Notes under the pieces: generated by a model
What the model saw: the letters and a program-made list of their open reading frames with translations, nothing else
The model's database searches: none
Told to the model about the DNA's origin: nothing
Translations under genes and position numbers: made by a program
Source: an uncultured Actinomycetota bacterium
GTDB taxonomy: Bacteria > Actinomycetota > Actinomycetes > Mycobacteriales > CAVVZQ01
Direction of reading: 5' to 3'
Assembly: GCA_963752715.1 (NCBI GenBank)
Contig: CAVVZQ010000007.1
Coordinates: 72,215 to 136,214, forward strand
DNA length: 64,000 nt
In this document: positions 10,118 through 18,937 of the stretch, one piece after another
How positions within the stretch are numbered: position 1 is the first letter of the stretch
Layout: the number at the start of each line of letters is the position of its first letter

Positions 10118-10483
10118 TCAGGCGGGAGGCTTGGCCCATCTGGACCCCGCGGCTCCGACTGCGACGGCCCCGACGGCTGCGACCGAGGCGGCGACTGCCA
10201 AGGCGCCCGGGATGCCCAACGGCCGTGCCAGCAGTCCGAACACGATCGGGCCGCCACCGAGGCCGAGGTCCACGAACACGCTGAAGGTGGCCGCAGCCGC
10301 GCCCCGGTGCTCGGGGCCGAGCCGGGACATCAGCATGCGGTAGAAGGCCGGGGTCAGGAACACCACGCCGCCTGCCAGGACCGCCGTCCCCACCAGCAGC
10401 CCTGCGGGGGACCGCCAGAGCGTCATGGCTGCCAGGCCTGCCGCGGACAGAGTCAGGGCCAGGGCGCTGAGCCGGTCCGCCGA
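10118..10483 (-). pseudogene. MFS transporter C-terminal fragment
   Basis: Only the last ~4 TM helices are present ('...FSVFVDLGLGGGPIVFGLLARPLGIPGALAVAA...'). The upstream sequence is replaced by repeat DNA. Confidence 0.55.
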
Positions 10484-10595
10484 GAGATGGTCCGACACGG
10501 AGGGTAGGTGGCTGCGCCAGCCGGGGCTACCCACGCAGCACTCGTGACCTAGATCCGACTCCACCCGGTTGTGCAGTGTCCGCTTCCATAGCCAC

Positions 10596-10800
10596 GCATG
10601 GTTGCGACCAACCGGAAGCCATGCATGGTTGCGACCACCGGAGGAGTTTGTGTGCAGGAGCAGCCGCCCGGCGCACACAAAGTACGCGGCTGCGATACCG
10701 CATCAGCACAAAGGACCTGGTCAGAGCTGCAACGGAGTCATCGCCGGCAGGGACAACTGAGGACTTTGTGTGCAGAGACCGCCGTGCGATGCACACAAAG
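10596..10800. repeat. Repeat cluster: duplicated 15-mer plus two copies of a 9-10-bp-stem hairpin
   Basis: 'gcatggttgcgacca' occurs at 10596 and 10623. The hairpins are 'tttgtgtgc...gcacacaaa' (10647-10681) and 'ctttgtgtgc...gcacacaaag' (10764-10800). Confidence 0.85.
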
Positions 10801-11037
10801 TCGGGTGACGCGGCCGTTCTTCAGGGGAGTTGGGCTCGCTGTCGGTGTCGGCGGCCTCCCGACGCCGGTCCATCAGGTTCCGGATCGAGGCCACCGCGCG
10901 CTCGGGCCGGTGAACGATGGGGCGGAGCAGTGGAAGAGATATGTCGGATCCACCCTGCTGCCGCACCGCACGCGCCTTGACAGCAGCCCGAGATGTTCTG
11001 GACTGTTGCACTATCCGATTCGCGCGAAGGGGTAGGC

Positions 11038-11424
11038 ATGCGCAAGGTTGTGCACTTCGAGATACCGGCCGAGGACCTGGAGCGAGCCAAGAGCTTCTAC
11101 GGAGCGGTGTTCGGCTGGGACCTGCAGACCATGCCGATGCCGGGCGGCGAGTACACCTCAGCGAAGACCACAGCTGTGGACGAGAAGACCCAGATGCCCC
11201 TCGAGCCGGGAGCGATCAACGGCGGCATGATGCAGCGCGACGAGCGCACGCCCGCACCGGTGATCACCATCGACGTCGATGCGATCGACGATGCCTTGCG
11301 GGAGATCGAGGCACGGGGCGGCACGACCGTCACCCCGCGGACGCCCATCCCGGGCATGGGCGCATTCGCCTACTTCAAGGATCCGGAGGGCAACGTCATG
11401 GGCCTGTGGGAGACGGTCACGTAG
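11038..11424 (+). CDS. VOC/glyoxalase-family protein
   Basis: 'VVHFEIPAEDLERAKSFYGAVFGW...GAFAYFKDPEGNVMGLWE'. The ATG is at 11038. Confidence 0.8.
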   Translation: MRKVVHFEIPAEDLERAKSFYGAVFGWDLQTMPMPGGEYTSAKTTAVDEKTQMPLEPGAINGGMMQRDERTPAPVITIDVDAIDDALREIEARGGTTVTPRTPIPGMGAFAYFKDPEGNVMGLWETVT

Positions 11425-11435
11425 GGGCACCACGC

Positions 11436-12491
11436 TCACCGCTCCCCGTCGGTGGCAGACTCCTTCCCCAGTCGGTCCAGCAGTGCGACGGTGGCGGCCA
11501 CGATTTCCGCCTGGGCCTCAGCCCGGCTCGTCGTGGGCTCCCCGTCCCCGGGCTGCTCCCCGTAGTCGCCGAAGTAGGCGTGAACCGCCCCTGCCACCTC
11601 CACGAAGGTCGTCGCCGGCGGCAGGTCCGATGCCCCGGCCAGCACCTGCTCGGGTGTCGCGAGCCCGTCCTGCGAGCCATATATGGAAGCGACCTCCAGT
11701 GCCTCGGCCGAGAGGTCATTGGCCGGCCAGGACGCCCACAGAACCAGCCCTGCCACCTCCGGGTCGCCACTGCCCGCGTACTGGCTGGCCGCCACGCCCC
11801 CCAGGGAGTGACCCCCCACCGCCCATGACCCGCCATCAGCAACCCAGTCCGACGCGGCGTTGATGCACAGCAGAGCGGTGTCGAAGGGACACTTCGGCAC
11901 TATGACGGGGTGACCCTGGCGCGCGATCTCCCGGGCCAGCACGGAGTAGGCACGCGGGTCAACGCGGGCGCCGGGGTAGAGCACCAGCCCAGCCCCGGAC
12001 TGCTGAGCCGGCGTGAAGGTGATCACCGATCGGTCCTGAGTCACGGTCACTGTCGCGTCGCTGTTCGTCGCGTCCAGGGCCGCGCTGCTCGCCTCGAACG
12101 GGCGGTACCAGACGAGCACGGCCGCCAGACCGACTCCAGCGGCGGCCGCTGCCACCCGCAGGATCAGACTGACCGCGCCTCCGGACGGCCGACTGTGTGT
12201 CAGCACGCCACTGAGCACCAGGACGACACCCAGCAGGGCCGCCAGAATCAGCGCCACCGGGTACGCGGGATGGTTGGCGACCAGCGCACCCCACGCGCTC
12301 ACGGCGACCACGCCGACCGCCAGCAGCAAGACCACGCCCGGCACGATTCGCAGGACCCGCACCCGGTCATCATGCCGGTACCGCCGGCGAGGCGCCTCGG
12401 CCCGCCCGCGGTGACGATGCAGCGACGATCGAGGTGATAGAGACGGACCGTGCGGCGGTCCCAGAGGCGAGGCATCGATCGTCCCAGCCAT
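11436..12491 (-). CDS. Membrane-anchored alpha/beta hydrolase
   Basis: N-terminal TM helices and the nucleophile elbow 'GGHSLGG'. The start is uncertain (ATG at 12491 or GTG near 12360). Confidence 0.7.
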   Translation of the reverse strand: MAGTIDASPLGPPHGPSLSPRSSLHRHRGRAEAPRRRYRHDDRVRVLRIVPGVVLLLAVGVVAVSAWGALVANHPAYPVALILAALLGVVLVLSGVLTHSRPSGGAVSLILRVAAAAAGVGLAAVLVWYRPFEASSAALDATNSDATVTVTQDRSVITFTPAQQSGAGLVLYPGARVDPRAYSVLAREIARQGHPVIVPKCPFDTALLCINAASDWVADGGSWAVGGHSLGGVAASQYAGSGDPEVAGLVLWASWPANDLSAEALEVASIYGSQDGLATPEQVLAGASDLPPATTFVEVAGAVHAYFGDYGEQPGDGEPTTSRAEAQAEIVAATVALLDRLGKESATDGER

Positions 12492-13808
12492 TCGGACGCA
12501 CCAGGACCGGGGACTGCTGACCGGAATGCCGAACGCGGGCATCCCCTGCCAGGTGAGCAGGCGGCTCGCGTCGCGGCGGTCCTCGGGCCCGAGACGGCCC
12601 ACGCACGGGTGCACGACAGTCCCGCTGACCGCAGCTGGACCGCGGACCTCGGCCTCGCGGCCGTCACGATCGGGCATGACATCCACTTGGGCGCCGCGAT
12701 CGCGTCGGAGTCCCAGGCGGTACGAGAGGCCATTCTGGCCCATGAACTTGTCCACGTGGCACAGCAGGGCAGCGCGGCCCGCTCCGCACCACCCGCCCGC
12801 GAGCTCTCGCCCCCGGCGCAGCGCGGAGGGCACGAGGATGAAGCCGAAACCCTCGCCCCCCAAGCATTCCTGGCCTTGCAGCACGGCCTTCGAACCGGCG
12901 CCCGCAGAAACCTACTGCCCAGACCACTGGCACTCCACGGATGCCCGGAGGACGCCGTTGCGAAGATGAAGGACCGCAAGCGGGAACTGGAACAGACAAC
13001 TGCCCCGCGCTCTGGCAAGTCGTTCTCAGAGGTCGGTGCTGCCTATACCGAACTTGTGGATGTCGAACATGACCTGGCTGTCAAGGAGTCCGGACGCGGC
13101 CTCTACAAGGGCAGCGAGTCCGGCGACACGAGCGCCGCCAAGGTCACCGACTGCACCGAGATCGTCTTCGAAGTGCTCCGCAAGACGTTCGCTCAGCAGG
13201 GCAAGAGCGCCGACTGGGCGAAGGTAGAAGCCAAGTACCGAGCCAACATCAAGGCCCGGGGCGGCGGCGGAAAGGGCTCCGGACTCGACCTGCAGGCAGC
13301 GCTGCAATCGGAGCTCGGATGGAAGGGGATCTACTGGGCGCCCGATCCGTCCTTCGCCTACAAGGGCAGCGAGGCACCGCAGGACCAGCGGCATCTGTCA
13401 GGTCGGGTGAAGGGAGACGAGGCCGACTACGGCGCGGGCCTCGCGAAATCGAAGGGCACCTACTACAAGGACTTCGGAAAGAAGGGCTACCCCGGCGTGA
13501 GCATCCATCAGAGAGTCACCGGCTACGGCCCGGAGAAGGGAAGCACCACCGTCGCCGACCGCACCGGCCTGAACAAGCTCAAGAAGCTGCCCTTCGGAGT
13601 CATGTCCGCCCACGGCGGGCACCACATGACTCTCATCACCAGTGGCAAAGTCACAGAGGTGCACTGGCGGTCCCCGGCTACCAGCCCGGACGTCATCACC
13701 CAGGAGGACCTCGAGACCTGGGCCATCGGCCCGAGCAGCGGCATCCGCTACTTCGCCAGCGGCGCCATCGTCGCACCCGCTGCAGACGTGGACGCCGCCT
13801 TCCGCTGA
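12450..13808 (+). CDS. DUF4157 (zincin-like HExxH) domain protein with uncharacterised Lys-rich Cys/His C-terminal domain
   Basis: 'ARVHDSPADRSWTADLGLAAVTIGHDIHLGA...ILAHELVHVAQQ' matches the DUF4157 pattern. The C-terminal ~270 aa contain 'VTDCTEIVFEVL' and 'SAHGGHHMTLI'. Confidence 0.7.
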   Translation: MRRSQRRGIDRPSHSDAPGPGTADRNAERGHPLPGEQAARVAAVLGPETAHARVHDSPADRSWTADLGLAAVTIGHDIHLGAAIASESQAVREAILAHELVHVAQQGSAARSAPPARELSPPAQRGGHEDEAETLAPQAFLALQHGLRTGARRNLLPRPLALHGCPEDAVAKMKDRKRELEQTTAPRSGKSFSEVGAAYTELVDVEHDLAVKESGRGLYKGSESGDTSAAKVTDCTEIVFEVLRKTFAQQGKSADWAKVEAKYRANIKARGGGGKGSGLDLQAALQSELGWKGIYWAPDPSFAYKGSEAPQDQRHLSGRVKGDEADYGAGLAKSKGTYYKDFGKKGYPGVSIHQRVTGYGPEKGSTTVADRTGLNKLKKLPFGVMSAHGGHHMTLITSGKVTEVHWRSPATSPDVITQEDLETWAIGPSSGIRYFASGAIVAPAADVDAAFR

Positions 13809-13845
13809 GAGCACCGAATCGGCGGACTGCGACAGTACCTACAGG

Positions 13846-14409
13846 TCAGCTGTTGACCGTGAACACCTGCTTCTGGACGCCGTTGGGGTAGGCCTGATGC
13901 TCCACCAGCGTCAGCATCGTTTTGTCCCGGTCGGTGTCGCTGAACAGCCGCTTGCCGGCACCCAGCAGGAGTGGGAACACCAGCAGGTGGTACCGGTCGA
14001 CCAGGCCGGCGTCGGCCAGACTCCGGCCCAGCGTGGCGCTGCCGTGGACGATGATCGGTCCGCCGTCGGTGTCCTTCAGCGCGGCGACGTCGGCCACCGA
14101 GCGGAGGATGGTGGCGGGCCAGCGGGGGTCCGACTCGGTCAACGTGGTGGAGACGACGTACTTCGGCATCGCGTTGTAGCCGGGGAACTCCGTCATGGTC
14201 GGCCACACCGGCGCGAACGCCTGGTAGCTGGTCCGTCCCAGCAGAAGGGCGGTCGCCTCGTCCTGCTCCCGTGCCTTGATCTCGTAGACATCGGGATCGA
14301 ACTCGATGTCCTTGACGGTCCACCCGGTGTTCCGATAGCCCGGCTCGCCGCCGGGCGCCTCCATCACACCGTCCACCGACACGAACGCGGTCACGATCAG
14401 CTCACGCAT
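13846..14409 (-). CDS. Dihydrofolate-reductase-like (RibD C-terminal domain) family protein
   Basis: 'MRELIVTAFVSVDGVMEAP...LLLGRTSYQAFAPVWP...IIVHGSATLGRSL...YHLLVFPLLLGAGKRLF'. Confidence 0.8.
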   Translation of the reverse strand: MRELIVTAFVSVDGVMEAPGGEPGYRNTGWTVKDIEFDPDVYEIKAREQDEATALLLGRTSYQAFAPVWPTMTEFPGYNAMPKYVVSTTLTESDPRWPATILRSVADVAALKDTDGGPIIVHGSATLGRSLADAGLVDRYHLLVFPLLLGAGKRLFSDTDRDKTMLTLVEHQAYPNGVQKQVFTVNS

Positions 14410-14594
14410 TGGAACACCTCGCCATGGACCGGAGTGAGTCGGCTGCATCGGAGTCTAGGAGCAGGCCCCCGACGCGCACGATCCAGATCGTGCGCCGAAA
14501 GTCCGCGCGCGGACTTCCCCGTGGCTCCGTCTCGCCCCCTGATCACGCGCTGTCCCGGTGCCGGAGATGCAGGGCTGCAGCCGCACGGCGCGTC

Positions 14595-14662
14595 TACGCC
14601 GGTACGCCGGTACGCCGGTACGCCGGTACGCCGGTACGCCGGTACGCCGGTACGCCGGTACC
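14595..14662. repeat. 8-bp microsatellite (TACGCCGG) x8 plus a partial unit
   Basis: Perfect copies counted from 14595 to 14658, then 'tacc'. It lies in the divergent intergenic region between 14409 (-) and 14765 (+). Confidence 0.95.
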
Positions 14663-14764
14663 ACCGATGATGGTCACGCGCATGGGGCAATGGTGCCCCA
14701 TCGACGGGATCCACTACCCGAGTGGCCTGCGCAGTCATAGGCTCGAGTGGAGGGAGTGTTTGCC

Positions 14765-15679
14765 ATGAAGCGCACGGTCCTGATCGTCCTGGGTGTCGTG
14801 TTCCTGCTCTTCTCCGCGCCTCTGATCGTCGGGGGCATCCTCGTGACGTCCTTCGCGGGCGACGATCCCACCATCGAGGGACGTGTCGGCGAGGTGCGCT
14901 CCCCGGGATACGCGGTGGTCTCCGAGACGGTCGAGCTGGACAGCGACGTCCCGTTCCTCGACCGGTTCGACCTCACGGTGGGCGTGCGATCGCTGCGTGC
15001 GGACGTCCCGGTGTTCTTCGGGTACGGACCCGTCGACTCCGTGGACGCCTACCTGGAAGGCGTACCTCACACCCTGGTCCGCAGCGTCGGCCGTACGGAC
15101 TGGACGGACCAGGATGTCCAGGTCCCTGGCACGGCCGAACCCGCCCCGCCGGGTGAGCAGACCTTCTGGCTCGAGCGCACCACAGGCAGCGGCCTTCAGG
15201 AGATCGAGCTCCCCAGCCAGAGCGGGGACTACCGCCTGGTCGCCATGAACGCCGACGGCTCCCGCGGTGTGGACGTCGCGGTATACGGCTCCGTCACGCT
15301 GCCGTTCCTCCTCCCGTTCGGCGTGGCGATGCTGGTCACGGGCGGACTGCTCGCGGTTCTGGGAATCGTGCTGCTGCTCATCGGTCTGCTCAGCTCGTCA
15401 CCACCGAAGCCCCCGGCTCCGGTGGCGCCTGGGCCGCCGGGCGGCCCGGGCGGTCAGGTGGGCAGCCCGGTCGGTCAGGTGGCCGGCGCGAGTGCCTACC
15501 CCGGCTACGGGTACGGACCGTACGGCGTTCCGCCCCCGGCAGGGTCCCCGCCACCCGCGGGCTCTCCCCCGCCGGCAGCGACATGGCAACCGGCCCAACC
15601 GCCAGCACCGCAGCAGCCAGCACCGCAGCAGCCCCCCGGCGCGACCCACCCCGATGCCCCCTCAGAGGAGACGCGATGA
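14765..15679 (+). CDS. Hypothetical membrane protein with Pro-rich C-terminal tail
   Basis: N-terminal TM ('VLIVLGVVFLLFSAPLIVGGILV'), a second TM pair near residue 190, and a tail 'PPPAGSPPPAGSPPPAA...APQQPAPQQPP'. Confidence 0.6.
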   Translation: MKRTVLIVLGVVFLLFSAPLIVGGILVTSFAGDDPTIEGRVGEVRSPGYAVVSETVELDSDVPFLDRFDLTVGVRSLRADVPVFFGYGPVDSVDAYLEGVPHTLVRSVGRTDWTDQDVQVPGTAEPAPPGEQTFWLERTTGSGLQEIELPSQSGDYRLVAMNADGSRGVDVAVYGSVTLPFLLPFGVAMLVTGGLLAVLGIVLLLIGLLSSSPPKPPAPVAPGPPGGPGGQVGSPVGQVAGASAYPGYGYGPYGVPPPAGSPPPAGSPPPAATWQPAQPPAPQQPAPQQPPGATHPDAPSEETR

Positions 15680-16221
15680 AAGCAGCGGTGGTCTATGAAT
15701 CCATGTTCGGGAACACCCACGTCGTCGCCGAACACATCCGCGACGGCCTGGCGGAGTCTCTGGACGTAGTCGTCGTGCCGCTGTCCCAGGCCGATCAATC
15801 GGCACTCGCTGGAGTGGATCTCGTCGTGGTTGGCGGTCCCACCCACGCCCACGGGATGACATCCGCAGGATCACGTTCGAGCGCGGTCGAGCAGGCGGCC
15901 ACGAAGGAGGACCTGGACCTCGACGAGGATGCGCCGGGACCGGGCCTGCGGGAGTGGCTCGCAGCTCTGGAAGCCCCGGCCGCCGGAGTATCCGTACGGG
16001 GCGCTGCCTTCGACACCCGCCTTCATGGCCCCGCGGCGTTGACCGGCCGGGCCTCGAAGAAGATCGCCAAGCAGCTCACACGCCACGGCCTGAGCATTCT
16101 GGCGGAGCCGGAGAGCTTCCTGGTGGACCGGGACAACCACCTCATCGACGGCGAGGCAGACCGCGCCCGTACCTGGGGGTCGAGCCTGGCACGCGCTCTC
16201 ACCGTGGCCGCGTCGACGTAG
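15676..16221 (+). CDS. Flavodoxin-family protein
   Basis: 'MKAAVVYESMFGNTHVVAEHI'. Its ATG overlaps the upstream stop (ATGA), which suggests translational coupling. Confidence 0.75.
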   Translation: MKAAVVYESMFGNTHVVAEHIRDGLAESLDVVVVPLSQADQSALAGVDLVVVGGPTHAHGMTSAGSRSSAVEQAATKEDLDLDEDAPGPGLREWLAALEAPAAGVSVRGAAFDTRLHGPAALTGRASKKIAKQLTRHGLSILAEPESFLVDRDNHLIDGEADRARTWGSSLARALTVAAST

Positions 16222-16667
16222 GGCCGACGGGCCGACAGCTGCTGGAGGCACCCCACAGCTGGAGTTTGAGGCAGCCTGCAGGTGGACGCGGTTCGACGCA
16301 GGCCTTGAGATGCTGGCCGATGACCAGGCCACGGCACGCTGCGACAGCCGCGTCGGGCACGAATCCGACCAGCGGTGGGACGCCACAGGCTCCGCCTGCA
16401 ATGGCGGATCGCCGTGGCCCAGAATGTGACCTCTGTCACACCCGCGTCAGGGATCCGTACCGCGCACGTCCCTACAAGTGACTACATCACCGACCTCACA
16501 CAGGGACGAGATCATGACTCAGAATGTCGAGACCACCCAGGCCCAGTACCAGCCCGGCGACATCGTCAACGGCCACCAGCTCAGCCCGGAGGGTCAGTGG
16601 GTGCCCGTCGCCACCACGACGACCGCGCCGCCCCCCGCGCAGCAGCCGAGCGAAGCCGAAGCAGGGC

Positions 16668-17186
16668 ATGAGCAGGACCAAGAAGATCCTCATCGGCGCA
16701 GGCGCCGCACTGGCCGCCGTCATCGTCTTCGGCGCCATCACCAGCGGCGGCGAGGAGAGCACCGACACCGGCAGCGGCACCGTCGCCACGCAGGACGCTG
16801 ACGCAGGCGTCGGCGACGCGGTGCGGGACGGCAACTTCGAGTTCACGGTGGACGGCGTCGAGTCCCTCGGTGACACCGTCGGCGACCAGTACTTCGGCGA
16901 GACCGCCCAGGGCGAGTACATCGGCGTCACGGTCACCGTCACCAACATCGGCGACGAGGCGCAGGCCTGGTTCGACGACAACCAGACCCTGATCATTGAC
17001 GGCAAGGAGTACAACGCGGACTCGATGGCCACCATCTTGATCAACGACGATGGCTTCTACGAGGAGATCAACCCCGGCAACACGATGACCATCACCCTGG
17101 TCTACGACGTGCCCGCCGGATCCAGCCCCTCAGCCATCGAACTGCATGACAGCGCCTTCTCCGGCGGTGCCACCGTCAAACTCTGA
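16668..17186 (+). CDS. DUF4352-domain membrane-anchored protein
   Basis: TM 'ILIGAGAALAAVIVFGAI' followed by 'FEFTVDGVE...GEYIGVTVTVTNIGDEAQ...'. An upstream ORF (ATG 16514) in another frame may be its original N-terminus. Confidence 0.7.
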   Translation: MSRTKKILIGAGAALAAVIVFGAITSGGEESTDTGSGTVATQDADAGVGDAVRDGNFEFTVDGVESLGDTVGDQYFGETAQGEYIGVTVTVTNIGDEAQAWFDDNQTLIIDGKEYNADSMATILINDDGFYEEINPGNTMTITLVYDVPAGSSPSAIELHDSAFSGGATVKL

Positions 17187-17302
17187 CAACACGCACACCC
17201 CGACGCCCGGCAGAGCCGCATCCCAGCGGACCTGCCGGGCGTCGGGCGTCCCCCTCCCTCCCGAATCGACAAGCGTCCGGGCACGGCGGGGGGCCGCGCC
17301 TG

Positions 17303-17425
17303 AACCAGCGGGTGGACGCGGAGGGCGTCGTCGAGCCGAGCCATCAGGTGCGGCGGTACACGGCCGACCACCGAGTCCGACCGCTCCAACGGCACCGAGC
17401 GGACCTGAACTCCCAGCGCCTCGCC
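17303..17425 (-). pseudogene. mazF: MazF/PemK-type toxin, 3' fragment
   Basis: 'GEALGVQVRSVPLERSDSVVGRVPPHLMARLDDALRVH' matches the MazF C-terminal pattern (..QVRSV..ERL...G.....M..VD.AL..H). Confidence 0.6.
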
Positions 17426-17442
17426 TTGCCACCAGCCGGCAT

Positions 17443-18025
17443 GTCCTCATGGGACGGCGATGCCATGATCGACTGATGGCCATGCCGACCGCACCCGAGG
17501 TCCATCTCGAAACGGCCGCGCAGTGGCACGACTGGCTGGCGACCCACCACGACACCGAGGCCGGTGTCTGGCTGGTCTCGTGGCGGACCGCCACGGGGCG
17601 GCCCCGGATCGACTACGAGGACGTGGTGTGCGAGGCGCTGCGGTACGGGTGGGTGGACAGTACGGTCCGGGTGCTCGACGACGAGCGCAACGCGCTCTAC
17701 CTGGCGCGTCGCAAGAAGGGCAGCACCTGGGCGCGCTCCAACAGAGAGCGGGTGGCGCGCCTCACCGCTCAGGGGCGCATGCAGCCCAGCGGCCTGGCGG
17801 CCGTCGAGCGTGCCAAAGCCGACGGGTCTTGGACGGTGCTGGACCCCGTCGAGAACCTGGTCGTGCCGGAGGACCTCGCTGCTGCACTCGACGCGCGCCC
17901 CGGCGCGCGGGCCGCGTACGAGGCACTGCCGCCCTCGGCGCGCAAGCAGATCCTGTGGTCGGTCGTCAGCGCGAAGCGACCGGAGACCCGGGCACGCCGG
18001 GTTGACCGGGCTGTGGCCACGCTCG
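17443..18025. repeat. Direct repeat copy 1 (583 bp) covering the first mazE codons, the intergenic region and ydeI-like
   Basis: Near-identical to 21930-22523, apart from substitutions near the left edge, one substitution near 18003, and an 11-bp insertion in copy 2. Confidence 0.9.
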
Positions 18026-18039
18026 AGTCCGGTCTCTGA
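17476..18039 (+). CDS. YdeI/OmpD-associated (OmdA-domain) family protein, intact copy
   Basis: 'YLARRKKGSTWARSNRERVARLTAQGRMQPSGLAAVERAKADGSW...SARKQILWSVVSAKRPETRARRV'. Confidence 0.7.
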   Translation: MAMPTAPEVHLETAAQWHDWLATHHDTEAGVWLVSWRTATGRPRIDYEDVVCEALRYGWVDSTVRVLDDERNALYLARRKKGSTWARSNRERVARLTAQGRMQPSGLAAVERAKADGSWTVLDPVENLVVPEDLAAALDARPGARAAYEALPPSARKQILWSVVSAKRPETRARRVDRAVATLESGL

Positions 18040-18050
18040 GTGGGGCCGCA

Positions 18051-18075
18051 CTGTGCCCGGTCCGACCGGGCACAG
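18051..18075. terminator. Perfect 10-bp-stem hairpin downstream of ydeI copy 1
   Basis: 'ctgtgcccgg-tccga-ccgggcacag'. No U-tract follows. Confidence 0.35.
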
Positions 18076-18133
18076 GCGCAGTGGACAGCGATGGTGCGTG
18101 CGCACAGCGACTGCACGTAAGCCGCAAGCACCA

Positions 18134-18178
18134 TCAGGCAGGCGCGACGCCCAGCTGCTGCACCATCGCGAGTCGATC
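18134..18178 (-). pseudogene. Ester cyclase 3'-terminal remnant (paralogue of 6568-6981)
   Basis: 'DRLAMVQQLGVAPA*' versus 'NMAMMQQLGIAPA*' at 6568. About 40 nt of nucleotide similarity includes the stop codon. Confidence 0.4.
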
Positions 18179-18275
18179 CCCATTGGGAGGGTGTGTCGGC
18201 CCGTGTAGGCGAGGATGCCGCGCCGGAACAGTCCCGGATCGACACGGATCGACAGGGTCGAGGCGGGGAGTCCTC

Positions 18276-18440
18276 ATGTCGGAGCTGCGGGCAGCGACGC
18301 GGCTGGTTCGCGTGACCGGCGGACCGCGTCGTGAGCAGGCCCGAGACATGCTCCGGGACGCCTACGGGCGCTTCACCGAAGGGCTGGACTACCCGGACCT
18401 GCAGGCAGCGCGTACCCAGATCGAGGCCGAACCGGCATGA
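18276..18440 (+). pseudogene. C-terminal remnant of a cyclase/ATPase-TPR regulator
   Basis: 'ARDMLRDAYGRFTEGLDYPDLQAARTQI' resembles the conserved tail (..VY..FTEGFDT.DL..A..LL) of that family. Confidence 0.4.
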
Positions 18441-18937
18441 ACCGGCTCGTGGAGTGCGGGTCATCGAGTCCCAGTCGACCTCCGGCCCCGGTCACCCTCC
18501 TGCGAAGGGCGGCATGGCGTCCACGACGGCCCCCTCGGGCAGCACCACCTCGACGTCCGCGGCGGGCCCGCCGTCGACCGCAACCGGCCATGGTCGCCGC
18601 AGCAGCGTTCGTCGGTGCGGGACGCATGGACGGAGGTCGCTCCGCTGCGCACTCCGGTGCGAGTTCCGCGCGCCCCGAGAGCCACGCGCTGATGGCCCCG
18701 CTTGCCGAACCGTCGGCGCGCCGCTGGATCGGCTCGGAGACCCTCAGCCCGCCGGCTGGACTTCCATGCTCACCTTCTCAGGAGCATTCCTGATCGAGGT
18801 CGGCGGCGTCGACCAGGCAGCCGCAGGGTGGCTGCTGGGGCTGGCAGCCGGCCCGTGGCCAGCGATCGATGAGAGCGGTCACCACCACCACCAGCATCGA
18901 CTGGAGTCGAGGGGTGGCGCTGAGTCACGAGCACGCG

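Noticed and set aside
14595-14662. Possible CRISPR array (and likewise 60031-60105)
   Set aside because: The units are 8 and 15 bp and directly abut with no spacers. No cas genes are in the window.
18441-18937. Search for arsB/acr3/arsC downstream of arsA
   Set aside because: I translated the minus-strand frames by hand. Only short fragments with frequent frame breaks appear, and nothing is recognisable.
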